A DNA stretch of 64,000 bases, from NCBI RefSeq assembly GCF_963921235.1, contig NC_086097.1, forward strand, positions 6,324,001 through 6,388,000, read 5' to 3'. Made by a program: the position numbers and the translations under genes. Shown in pieces: positions 24,725 through 36,618 of the stretch. The stretch comes from Mobula hypostoma. Its lineage: Eukaryota. Every line of letters begins with the position of its first letter. Positions within the stretch are counted from its first letter, which is position 1. The notes beneath the pieces are model-generated. The model did not search any database. It was given only the letters and a program-made list of their open reading frames with translations, and was not told where the DNA came from.

Positions 24725-27700
24725 ACGTGTGCTTGGAGCTCTATTCTGTGACCATTCAGGAGATCAGCAGTTTGAGAGGAGGGAATTTCACTCAGGTCCG
24801 CTGGCCGAATATAAAGGGCAGCAACATACAGCTGTTTGTTTGGAGCTCTGACCAGTGTCCAATCAGTGTTTGGGATTGATAAGCAAGAACAAGGAAGACA
24901 GGGCCAAGCATAGCAGCCATTGTCTGAGTGGACAGAGTTAGACTGGTGATTTTGATGCTTTAGGCCTTTGAGGCTTCAGTCAGAGAAGACAAAAACAAAA
25001 AGTTCCACGTAGAGCTTTTTCACCTGCAGATACTCTTGTGTTTGTGAGCTCTAGATGGAGTTTTTTGTTCACCTTTCTTTACAACTGCTCAGTTAGGACA
25101 GTGGAGATGACAGGCAGGATAGTTGAATGCTCCTCTTGTGGGTTTTGTGGGATGTGGGAAGGCATGGAAACCTCCAGTGTCCCTGACGACCACAATTATG
25201 AGAAGTGCATCCAGCTGCAACTTCTAAAAATCTATGTTAAGGAATTGGACAAATATCCTAGCAGGAAGGTTTGTTAATGCTGCCTGAGAGTTTAAACTAG
25301 AGTTGTAAGGGAATGGGAACCAGAGAGCCAGAGCAGTAGCTGGAGAGATTGTGGAAAATCAAAAGGTTGAGGATTGTGCTGAGCTGCATATATTTCAATG
25401 CAAGAAAGGCGACTGAGTTCAGGGCATGGATCAACACTTGGAATTATGACATTGCAGCCATTAGTGAGACTTGGTTGCAGGAGGGGCAGGACTGGCAGCT
25501 CAATATTCCGGGATTCCAGTGATTTAGTCGTGACAGAGCGGGAGGGATTAAAGGAGGAGGGCTGGCATTACTACGTAGGACAGCAGTGCTCAGGACAGAC
25601 AGGAGAACTCATCCAGTGAGGCTTTACAGATGGAACTGAGAAATGAGAAAGTTATGACCACATTTAAGGCACAATATTATAGACCATCTTACAGTCCAAG
25701 GGATTTAGAGGAACATATTTTTTTGATAGATCACAGACTATTACAAGAAACATAAGGTTGTTATAGTAAGTGAATTTAACTTTTCATGTACTGACCGGGA
25801 ATCCCATATTGTAAAAGGACAAGATGGGATAAAGTTTGTCAAATATGTTCCGAAAAGTTTCCTTCATCAGCACATAGAAGTCCCAATGAGAGAGTGTGCG
25901 ATAATGGACCTGCTATTAAAGAATGAGACAGGGCAGATGACAACATTTTGTGTAGGGGAACACTTTGCATCTAGTGATTATCATGCCATTAGGTTTAAAG
26001 TAAACGTGCAAAAAGATAGGTCTGTTCTGCGGTTTGAGGTTCTACATTGCAGAAAGGCCAATTTTGAAAGTACCAGAAATGATCTGGCAGGTGTGGCTTG
26101 AGACAGGCTGTTTTCTGGCAAAGGTGTACTTGGAAAGTGGGAGGTCTTCAAAAGAGGATTTTGGAATGTACGAAGATTGTATGTGCCTTTCGGAATAAAA
26201 GGGAAACATAATAAGTGTAGGAAACTTTGGCTTTCAAGAGATATTGAGACCATAGTTAAGAGAAAAAAAGAGGCGCATAGTAAGTATAGGCAAGCAGGAA
26301 CAAATGAGGTGCTGCTGAAGAGGTAAGAAATGCCAGAGAACACTTATGAAAGAAATCTGGAGGGCTAAAAGATGGTGTGAAGTTGCTCTTGCAGACAGGG
26401 TGAAGGAGAATCATAAGGAATTCTGCAGAGATGTTAAGAGAAAAAGGACTGCAAGGGACAAAATTCTTCCACTGGAGGACTAGGATGGTAATTGTTTGGA
26501 GCGAAAACAAATGGAGAAAATCAGAAATATTGCTTTTTGCATCTGTATCTCCTAAGTTACAGAGAAAGGTTGAACAAGTTAGGTCTTTATTCTTTAGAGC
26601 GTAGAAGGTTGAGGGGGGACTTGATAGAGGTGTTTAAAATAATGGGGGGTATTGATAGACTTGACGTGGATAGGCTTTTTCCATTGAGAATGGGGGAGAT
26701 TCAAACAAGAGGACATGAGTTGAGAGTTAAAGGGCAAAAGTTTAGGGGTAACGTGAGGGGGAACTTCTTTACTCAGAGAGTGGTAGCTGTGTGGAACGAG
26801 CTTCCAGCAGAAGTGGTAGAGGCAGGTTCGATGTTGTTGTTTAAAGTTAAATTGGATAGATATATGGACAGAAAAGGAATAGAGGGTTACAGGCTGAGTG
26901 CAGGTCGGTGGGACTAGGTGAGAGTAAGAGTTCAGCGTGGACTAGAAGGGCCGAGATGGCCTGTTTCTGTGCTGTAATTATATGGTTATATGGTTATGGT
27001 ATTTAATCGGGAAATGAACACGGAGTCTATAGGAGTAAGGCAAAGCGGCATCATCTTCATGGACAATGTACAGATTACGGAAGAGGAGGTGTTTACTATC
27101 CTGAGGGAAATCAGGGTGGATAGATTTTCAGGGCCTGACTAGGTGTTCCCTCAGACCCTGCAAGAGGCAAGTGCAAAAATTGCTGGGGTCCTAGCAGAAA
27201 TATTTATATTATCCTTAGCAACAGGAGATGTACCAGAGGATTGGAGGATAACCAATGTTGTTCCAGTGTTTTAAAAAGGCTCTAAACCTAAACCAGGAAA
27301 TTATAGGCTGGTGAGTCTGACATCAGTTATGCGAAAGTTATTGGAAGGTACTCTAAGGGACTGAATATATAAGTATTTGGATGGACATAGACTGATTAAG
27401 GATAGTCAGTATGGCTTCATGTATGATTGATTATGTCTAACCAATCTTAGAGTTTTTGAGGAAGTTACCAGGAAAATGGATGAAGGAATGACAGTAGATG
27501 TTGTCTACATGGACTTTTGCAAGGCATTTGACAAGGTCCCACATGGGAGGTTGGTCAAGAAGACTCAATCACTCAGCATTCAAGATGAGGTAGGAAATTG
27601 GATTAGACATTGGCTTTGTGGGAGAAGCCAGGGAGTGGTAGTAGCTGGTTGCCTTTTGACTAGTGGCCTATGAGTAGTGGTGTGCCACAGAGATTGGTAC

Positions 27701-28606
27701 TGGGTCCTTTTCGTTGTTTGTCATCTGTATCAATTATCTGGATGATAGTGTGGTTAACTGTATCAGCAAATTTACAGATGACACCAAAACTGGGCCTGTA
27801 GTGGACGGTGAGGAAGGTTATCATGGCTTGCAGAGGGTCTGCATCATCTAGAAAAATGGGTTGATGAATGGCAGATGGAATTTCATGCAGGCAAGTGTGA
27901 TGTTTTACACTACAGTAGGACAAAACAAGATAGGTCTTACACAATGAATGGTAGGGCACTGGGGAGTGTGGTAGAACATATGATTTGGGAGTACAGGTCC
28001 ATAATTCGTTGAAAGTGACATCACATGTAGAATGGATGTTATGCTGATGTTGTCTAAGAAGTTGGTGAGGCCTAATTTGAGTATTGCGTGCAGTTTTGGT
28101 CACTTACCTATAGGAAAGATGTAAAACAAGGTTAATAGCATACAGAGAAAATTCACAAGGATGTTGCTGGATCTGTGCACCTGAGTTATAAGGGAAGATT
28201 CAGTGGGTTAGGAGTGTATCCCATAAAATGTAGAAGATTGAGAGGAGATTTGATGGATGTACATAAAAGATGGAAGGGTATAAATAGACTAAATGCAAGC
28301 AGGCTTTTTCCACCGAGGTTGGGTGGGACTAAAACCTGAGGTCAAGGGTTAAGGGTGAAAGGTGAAAAGTTAAAGGGGAACATGAGAGGAAATGTCTTCA
28401 CTCAGAGGGTCATGAGAGGGTGGAAAGAGCTGCCAATGCAAGATTGATCTCAACTTTTAAGCAAAGCTTGGATAGGTACATGGATGGTTGAGGTATGGAG
28501 GGCTTTGGTTCCTGTGCAGGTTGATGGGAGTAGGCAATTTAAATAGTTTTGGCATGGATTCGATGAGCCAGAAGGCCTGATTATGTGCTGTACTTCTCTA
28601 TGATTC
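24725..28606 (+). mobile_element. CR1 with apparent 5' UTR, ORF1 start, APE, RT and 3' tail (internal deletions, degenerate)
   Basis: TAAGG repeat at 24720-24724 and 28607-28611; ORF1 MTGRIVECSSC..MWE..EKCIQLQLL; VDVVYMDFCKAFDKVPHGRL; tail ttctctatgattc. Confidence 0.88.
26551..27000 (+). mobile_element. Younger CR1 3' end nested in the CR1 above
   Basis: Uninterrupted LSYRERLNKLGLYSLERRRLRGDLIEVFK..FFTQRVVAVWNELP..LDRYM; atatggttatatggtt tail. Confidence 0.92.
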
Positions 28607-29424
28607 TAAGGCGGATGAACTTTTAGTGCAGTTAGAGATTGTCAGTTATGACATTTTAGGCATCACAGAGTCATACTTGTATGAAGATTATAGTTGGGAG
28701 CTTAACATCCATTGATACACATTGCATTGAAGGACAGGCACTTAGGCAGAGAGGTAGGTGGCTCCGTTGGTAAAAAAATTAAATCAAATCCTCAGAAAGA
28801 AGTGACATAGAATCAGAAGATGTATAATCCTTGAGGGTAGAGTAAAACAAAACTGCAAGAGTAAAAAGACCCTGATGGGAATTATATACATGACCCTGAA
28901 CAATGGCCAAGATGGGGCTACAAATTACAAGGGGAGAGAGAAAAGGCATGTTAAAGGGGCAGTGTCACAATAGTCATGGGGGGGGATTTCAACATACAGC
29001 TTGACTGGGAGAATTAGGTTGTTGCCTAGAATGCCTACAAAATAGCTATTCAGAGCATCTTATACTTGAGCCCACTAGGGGATCAGCTATTCTGGACTGG
29101 GTGCGGTTTAATGAACCAGATTTGATTAGGGAGCTTAAAGTAGAGGAACACTTAGGAGCCATTGACCATAATATGGTGGAATTCACTCTATAGTCTGGAA
29201 GGGAGAAGCTAAAGTAAGATGTATCAGTACTGCAGTAGAGTAAAGATAATTACAGGGGCATAGAGATACAGAGTCATAGAAAAGTGCAACACAGAAACAA
29301 ACCCTTCAACCTTAGTCTATTCTGAAACGATTCAAATTGCCTGATCCCATCGACCTGCACCAGGACCATTATACTCCTACCAACCATATACTTATACAAA
29401 ACTGCTCTTAAATGTTGAGATGAG

Positions 29425-29730
29425 GATATCTGCAGATGCTGGAATTTCAAGCAACACACATCAAAGTTGCTGGTGAACGCAGCAGGCCAGGCAGCATCTC
29501 TAGGAAGAGGTACAGTCGACATTTCAGGTCGAGACCCTTCGTCAGGACTAACTGAGAGAAGAGCTGGTAAGAGATTTGAAAGTGGGAGGGAGAGGGGGAG
29601 ATCCGAAATGATAGGAGAAGACAGGAGGGGGAGGGATGGAGCCAAAAGCTGGACAGGTGATTGGCTAAAGGGATATGAAAGGATCATGGGACAGGAGGCC
29701 TAGGGAGAAAGAAAAGGAGGAGGGGAGAAT
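29425..29730 (-). mobile_element. Penelope pLTR fragment
   Basis: Highly similar to 22465-22750. Confidence 0.9.
29514..29549 (-). ncRNA. Minimal hammerhead ribozyme
   Basis: minus strand AGUC CUGACGA A GGGU-CUCG-ACCU GAAAU GUC GACU. Confidence 0.75.
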
Positions 29731-29939
29731 AGAGCGTTATCGTATCAGAAACATTTGATAGTTCTGGTCCTGTACTTGCTGGAACTTTGAAGAATGAGGC
29801 AGGTTCTCATTGAAACCTATTGAATGTTAAGAAGCCTCAGCAGAGTGGATGCAGACAGGATGTTTCCTATGGTGGGGGGATCTAAGACCAGAAAGCACAG
29901 CCTCAGAATAGAAGAATCTCCATTTAGAACAGGTTCTTC

Positions 29940-30178
29940 AGGCCTAGCAAACCATGTCACACTGCAACCTACCTATTTAACACAAGCCTAATCAGAGGAT
30001 AATTTACAAGAACCAATTAACCTACCAACCGCTACGTCTTTGGACTGCAGGAGGAAACCGGTGCGCTGAGAGGAAACCCATGTGGTCACAGGTAGAAAAT
30101 ACAAACTCCTTACATCCGACGCTGGAACTGCACTTTGAACTCTGAGTGTTGTGCTAATTGCTCCTCTACCGTGGCAAT
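29940..30178 (-). mobile_element. V-SINE (HE1-like)
   Basis: ccaattaacctaccaaccgctacgtctttggactgcaggaggaaaccggtgcgc. Confidence 0.8.
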
Positions 30179-30197
30179 CAGTGCTTATGACATGTAA

Positions 30198-30893
30198 CGC
30201 ACACACAAAATGCTGGAGGAACTCAGCAGGCCAGGCAGCATCTATGGAAGAAAGTACAGTTGACGTTTTGGGTCGAGACCCTTCGACAGGACTGGAGAAA
30301 AAAAGAAGAGGCGCAGGTTTGAAAGGTTGGGGAGGGGAGAGAGAAACATATGGTGATAGGTGAAAACAGGAAGAGGAGAGATGAAGTAAAGAGCTGGGAA
30401 GTTGATTGGTGAAAGTGATATAGGGCTGGAGAAGGTGAAGTCCAATAGGAGAGAAGCCTAATGTGTGGAAGAGAGGGATGGGGAAGGGACATCCTCCTCA
30501 GGTTGGAGGAACAACGTCTTATATTCCATCTCCAACCTGGTGGCATGGACATTGATTTCTGAACTTCTGGAAATAGCACACCCTTTCTCCTTGGCCTTCT
30601 GTTCTCTCTTAACGGACTCCCACTTCTCCAGCCCTGTATCTCTTTCACCAATCAACTTCCCAGCTCTTTACTTCATCCCTCCCCTCCCAGTTTCACCTAT
30701 CACCTTATGTTTCTCTCTCCTCTCCCCCACCTTTTAAATCTACTCCTCATCTTTTTTTCTTCAGTTTTGCCAAAGGGTCTTGGTCCAAACCGTCGACTGG
30801 ACTTTTTTCCATAGAAGCTGCCTAGCCTGCTGAGTTCCTCCTGCATTTTGTGCGTGTTGCTTGGATTTCTAGCACCTGTGGATTTTCTCTTGT
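30198..30893. mobile_element. Older Penelope insertion with inverted pLTRs and ~13-bp TSD
   Basis: TTATGACATGTAA (30185-30197) / TTATAACATGTAA (30894-30906); left arm minus, right arm plus with tail. Confidence 0.82.
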
Positions 30894-31229
30894 TTATAAC
30901 ATGTAAGCACTTTTGTTCTTGTTGTCTATTCAGTATTAGTCTGCCCACGTTAAGCAGTTGCCTGTTACAGTTAAACTGAATAAATCATGAACTTAAATAC
31001 AAAATAAATTAGTGAACCAAAATATCATTGGAACAGTTTTGTTAGTAAAAGCATTCTACAAACAGATTCTTTTTATTGTCATAACATGATGTTGGTGAGC
31101 ACAATATTGAAGATTCCTTTTTTATATTGTCAATGTAATTATGTGCTCTGTATGGCCTTGGAGCCAGTTCTACTGGCTGGAATATAATATGTTATTTTCA
31201 GACAATAATAAATGGAAGATATTGGCTCA

Positions 31230-31765
31230 ATGTCATCCTATATTAGTTCCATATTTTGGATTACTGATGCTTAGGTAAGACAGAGGAACAGATAAGAGAG
31301 GAAAATGTTTGCTGTTTTGATAATAGCATTGCTCATTATTGATGTAACAGCACTTCAAAGATAGCATATTACTGAAGGATCATCAACTGATGCCATTTTG
31401 GGTAGAGCTTAGTAATATGAAGAGAATGATCACCTTGGTAGGTGTATTAGAGATACTCCAATAGTCAGTGGGAACTTGAGGAGCAAATGTGTTGAGAAAT
31501 CGTATATAGTTCTGGGAATAGAAGGATCGGACTAGTGGAGATGACCATTTTCCTGGTACTGTCTGGGCTACCCAGAGTGGAAAGGGCCTGAATATGGCAG
31601 AACTTGTGGCATGCTTCACACAATATTTTGAGGAACCTACTCAGGAATGAACATCACTGGATCACCGGTTGGGGAACAATGCAGGTCAAGTGAGTAAGTT
31701 GCTGTTGGGATCTAGTGACCACAATTCTACTAGCCTTGAAATGGTTATAGAAAAAGCTAGAACAT
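31230..31765 (+). mobile_element. Old CR1 APE fragment
   Basis: gatgccattttgggtagagcttag (AIWVEL-like), gaggaacctactcagga, tctagtgaccacaat (SSDHN). Confidence 0.7.
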
Positions 31766-34440
31766 GCACTTGCTTTCCTCACCACTGACTGAACATACAA
31801 GTTAACCTTTAGGATGATCTGCACAAGGACTCCCAAGCCCCTTTGCATCTTAGATTTTTGGATTGTCTCCCCATTTAGAAAAATGTCTGCACATTTATTT
31901 CTTCTACCAAAGTGCATGATCATACATTTTCCAAGGTTATATTTCATTTTCCACTCTCCTAATCTGTCTAAATCCTTCTGCAGCCTTACTGTTTCTTCAA
32001 CTCTACCTGCCCCACCACTAATCTTCATACCATCTGCAAATTTGGCAACAAAGCCATCTATTCTGTCATCTAAATCATTGATATGCAACATAAAAAGAAG
32101 TGGTCCCAACACCGACCCTTGCAGAGCATCACTGCTCACCAGCAGCCAACCAGACAAGGATTATTTTATTCCCACTTGCTGCCTCCTACCAATCAGCCAA
32201 TGCTACATGCATGCCAGTAACTCCTGTAATGCCACGGGCTCTTAACTTGGTAAGCAGCCTCATGTGTTGCACCTTGTCAAAGGCATTCTTAAAGTCCGAA
32301 TATACAACATCTACTACAACCCCTTTGTCTATCCTACATGTATCCTACTCAAAGAATCCCAACAGGCTTATCAGGCGAGATTTTCCTTTAAGGGAACCAT
32401 GCTGACTTTGTCCTATCTTGCCCTGTGTCCAGAACTTTATTCTGAACAATTGATTCCAACATTTTCCCAACCACTGAGGGCAGGTTAACTGGTCCATAAT
32501 TTCCTTTCTGCTGCCTCCCTCCTTTCTTAAAGAATGGAGTAACATTTGCAATTTTGCAGTCTTCTGGAACCATGCCAGCGTTCAATTATTCTTGAAAGAT
32601 CATTACTAATGCCTCCACAATCTTTACCACAACCTCTTTAAGAGCCCTAGGGGGCAGTTCAATTTGGCCAGGTGACTTATGCACCTCTAGGTCTTTCAAC
32701 TTTTGAGCACCTTCTCCCTTGTAATAGTAACTGCAGTCACTTCTCTTCCCTCATATCTTCAACACCTGGCACACTGCTAATGTCTTCTACTGTAAAGACC
32801 GATGTAAATAACTCACTTTGTTCATCCACCATCTCCTTGTCCCCCACTATTATTTCTCCTGCCTCATTTTCAAGTGGTCTATATTCACCCTCATCTCTCT
32901 TCTATTTTGTATACACTAGTAAAAGCTTTTTCTATCCACCTTGATATTGTTTGCTAGCTTTCTTTCGTATTTCATCTTTTAGCTCCTAATGATTCTTTTA
33001 TTTGCTTTCTGTAGGTCTTTAAAAGCTTCCCAAGCCTCTATCTTCCCACTAATTTTTGCTTTGTTGTATGCCCTCTCTTTTGATTTTACACTAGCTTTGA
33101 CTTCCCTTGTCAGCCATAGTTGCACTATTTTGACATTTGAGTTTTTTTTTTGGTTTTGGAATATATCCATCCTGCACCTTCCTCATTTTTCCCAGAAACT
33201 CAAGCCATTTATGCTTGGCTGTCAATCCCTGCCAACATCTTCTTTCAATTTACTTTAGCCAACTCCTCTCTCATACCACTGTAATTTCCTTTATTTCATT
33301 GAAATACTGCTATGACAGACTTTACTTTTTTCCTATCAAATTTCTAGTTGAACTCAATCATATTGTGATCACTGCCTGCTAAGCATTCCTTTACCTTAAG
33401 ATCTCTACTCGCCTCCGGTTCATTACATAACACCAAATGCAATATAGCTGATCCCCTATTAGGCACAATGACAAACTGTTCTTAAAAGCCATCACATAGG
33501 CATTCAACAAATATAATCTCTTGATGTCCATTATCAACCTGGTTTTCCTAATCTACCTGCATGTTAAAATCTCCCATGACTATCAATACATTGCCCTTTT
33601 TACACGTCTTTTCTATTTCCTGTTGTAATCTATAGTCCATATTTCAGCTACTGTTTGGATACTTTTATTTAACTACCATCAGGTTCCTAATATCCTTGAC
33701 ATTTCTTAACTCAACCCACAAGGATTCAACATCTTCCTATCCTATATCACATCTTTCTAATGATTTGATGCCATCTTTGCCAGCAGAGCCACTTCACCCC
33801 TTCTGCCTACCCTCTATCCCTCCAATGCAACGTGTAACCTTGGACAATCAGCTCCCAGCTACAACCATCCTTCAGCCACGATTCAGTGATGGCCACAACA
33901 TCACACCTGATAATCTGTAAAAGTGCAATAAGATCATTCAGCTTATTTCTTATACTCCATGCATGAAGATATAACACTTTGAGTACCATACTTGCTACCC
34001 TTTTTAATTCTTCATCCTTAATGCACTGATACTCACCCTGTTGACTGCAATTATATCCTACTATCTGTGTGTTCCACCTGATAGTCTGACAGCACATGAA
34101 CTTTGCCTTTTTTCCATCTGTCCTATCCTGATCCTCTTCACTCCGGTTTCCAACCCCTGCTAAATTAGTTTAAACCCTCCCTTACAGTTCTTATAAACAT
34201 GCCTGCGAGAATATTGGTCCCCCCTCAGATTCAGGTGCAACCCATCCCTTTTGTTCAGGTCGTAAATCCCCCAGAAGAGATCCAACTGATCCAAGAACCT
34301 GAAACCCTGCTCGACCAGTTTCTCAACCATGGATTTATCGGGCAAATCATCCTGTTTCTACCCTCAGTGGCAAATAGCGCACGTAGCAAATCAGAAATTA
34401 CTACCCTGGAGGTCCTGCTTCTCAACTTTCTGCCTACTTC
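31765..34440 (-). mobile_element. CR1 (ORF1 esterase end, APE, RT)
   Basis: GFRFLDQLDLFWG..RDGLHLN; LKVLYLHAWSIRNK..VAITESWL; QGSVLGPLLFMLHINDLD..FADG. Confidence 0.93.
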
Positions 34441-35127
34441 TGCCTACTTCCATAAATTAAAGTTCTGAAATGGAGCAGAGCAACTTTGAGGACTTTAGGC
34501 AGAATCTAGCTGGGGTTGACTGGGTTACTTTATTCAAAGGCATAGAATCAGTTGGCAAGTGGGAAGCTTTAAAAGCATCAGATCAAGAATCCCAGTGCAG
34601 TATGTTTGTGTAGGGTGGAGGGAGGATGTATCTTGTTCAGAGAACCCTGGCCTACAAGAGATACTGAGGCTCTGGACAGGAAAAAGGAGCAAATGTACAT
34701 CACATTTAGGCTGTTGGGCATAAATGAATCACTTGATAAATATAAAGAAGATTAAGAGCAAACTTAAGAGGGAAACCAGGCAGGCAAAAAGTGAGTATGG
34801 GATGGATTTTGCAGGCACGGGTGAAGATATTTCCAAGATATTCTTCAGTTATGTTAACTGTAAAAATGTGAGTTGGGAGAGGGAATCTCCATGTAAATAT
34901 CATCGGGGAAATACCTGACATATTCAATGTCTTTTTTGTTATTAAGGAGACTATTATCGATGCCAAGCAAATGAAGGTAACAAGTGTGGTCTTGGTTCAT
35001 ATACTTATACAAGGAAGAAGGTATTTACAACTTTGAGGCAAATCCCCAGGCCTGACCAAGTGTACCCTCAGATCTTATGGGAGGCCAGGGAAGAAATTGA
35101 GGTGATCCTTCCAGAAATATTTTCTTC

Positions 35128-35429
35128 TTTTTTTTGTAATTTATTTTTTATTGAAGTTAATCATCAAACAAACATTTCCATCAGATGTATTTCAGATATT
35201 GTACATATATGTCATATAACCATATTTGCCACAAATCTCCACATAATATTTATCTGAGGTATACACCTATAGAAAAGAGAGGAAAGAAAGAATAAGCAAA
35301 AGGAGAAAACCATGTACAAGTAGGGAGTGACCTTTTTTTTTACAACATATTCATTGATTTGTGAGAATAAAAACAGGCCTATGAGGTGTTATGTAGTTGA
35401 ACCATTTTTCCCAGTATGAATCAAATTGT
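35128..35429 (-). mobile_element. 5'-truncated L1/Tx1-like LINE 3' end with poly(A) and 16-bp TSD
   Basis: TSD CAGAAATATTTTCTTC at 35112-35127 and 35430-35445; minus reads QFDSYWEKWFNYITPH..*; AATAAA plus A-tail. Confidence 0.8.
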
Positions 35430-35959
35430 CAGAAATATTTTCTTCATTGTTAGCCACTGGTGGAGTTCCAGAAGATGGTGGCTAAAATTGTTCCATTGTT
35501 CCAGCAGTTTAGCAAACATAAGCTAGCAACTACAGAGTGGTGAGCCTGACTTCAGTTGTAGAGAAGTTACTAGAGTGAATCTGGGAGACAAAATCTACCA
35601 TCAGTTGGATAGTCAAGGTGTGATCAGGAATAGTCAGCATGGTTTTGCGTGTGGGGCATCATGTCTGGCAAATCTCTTGGTGTTTTTTGAAGAGGTATCT
35701 AAGGAGATAGATAAAAACAAGGCAGCGGATGTTGTGTATATGAACTTTAGTAAGGCCTTTGACAAAATCCCACATTTCAGGCTGACCTGAAAGTTAGCGA
35801 TTCAGGGGAGCCAGTGAGGTGGATTTAGAATTGTCTCAATGATAGGAAGCAGAGGGTAATGGTTGAAAGTTGTTTCTTTGAATGGAGGCTGTGATCAGCG
35901 GGGTGCCCAGAGGTCACTGTTGGAATCTCTGTTAATCATTACTTATGTAAATGATTTAG

Positions 35960-36618
35960 GATTAGATTAGATTATGAGTACACTCAGTCCTCGTTTATTG
36001 TCATTTAGAAATGCATGCATTAAAAAATGATACAATGTTCCTCCAGAGAGATATCACAAGAAACACAGGACAAACCAAGACTAAAACTGACAAAGCCACA
36101 TAATTATAACATACAGTTACAACAGTGCAAAGCAATACCGTAATTTGATAAAGAGCAGACCATGGGCACTGTAAAAAAAAAGTCTCAACTCCCATTAGCC
36201 CCATCATCTCACGCAGATGGTAGACGGGAGAAATTCTCCCTGCCATGAACTTCCAAGTGCAGCAAACTTGCCGATGCATTGGAAGCACCCGACCGCAGCC
36301 GACTTCGAGTCCGTCCGAAAACTTCGAGCCTCCGATCAGCCCTCCAATATCGAGCACCGAGCACTACCCTCTGCTGAGCGCTTCGACCCCGGCCCCGGCA
36401 ACAGGCAATAGGCAAAATTGAGGACTCGGGGCCTTCCCCTCCAGAGATTCTCGATCGCACAGGAGCTGCGGCAGCAAAGCAGGCATTTCAGATGTTCTTC
36501 CGTGCTCTCACATCTGTCTCCATCAAACCAGGATTGTGCACAGCACCCTACTTGACAGATTACAGATATCATTCACCGGAGTGGCCGCCGCGAGCTGTGT
36601 CGAGCCGCCATCTTCTCC
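35960..36618 (-). mobile_element. Non-autonomous retroposon with AAGATGGCG head and (TAATC)n tail
   Basis: 5' GGAGAAGATGGCGGC; CpG-rich body; 3' ~190 bp nearly identical to 58350-58540. Confidence 0.8.

Larger units (their letters stand above)
24420..29935 (+). mobile_element. Outer, heavily deleted CR1 (pieces 24420-24724, 28607-29265, 29730-29935)
   Basis: IPYNNKYTVLDTTEGD (ORF1); GLKVLHLN continuing after the inner CR1 as KADELLVQLEIVSYDILGITES (APE N-terminus). Confidence 0.75.
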
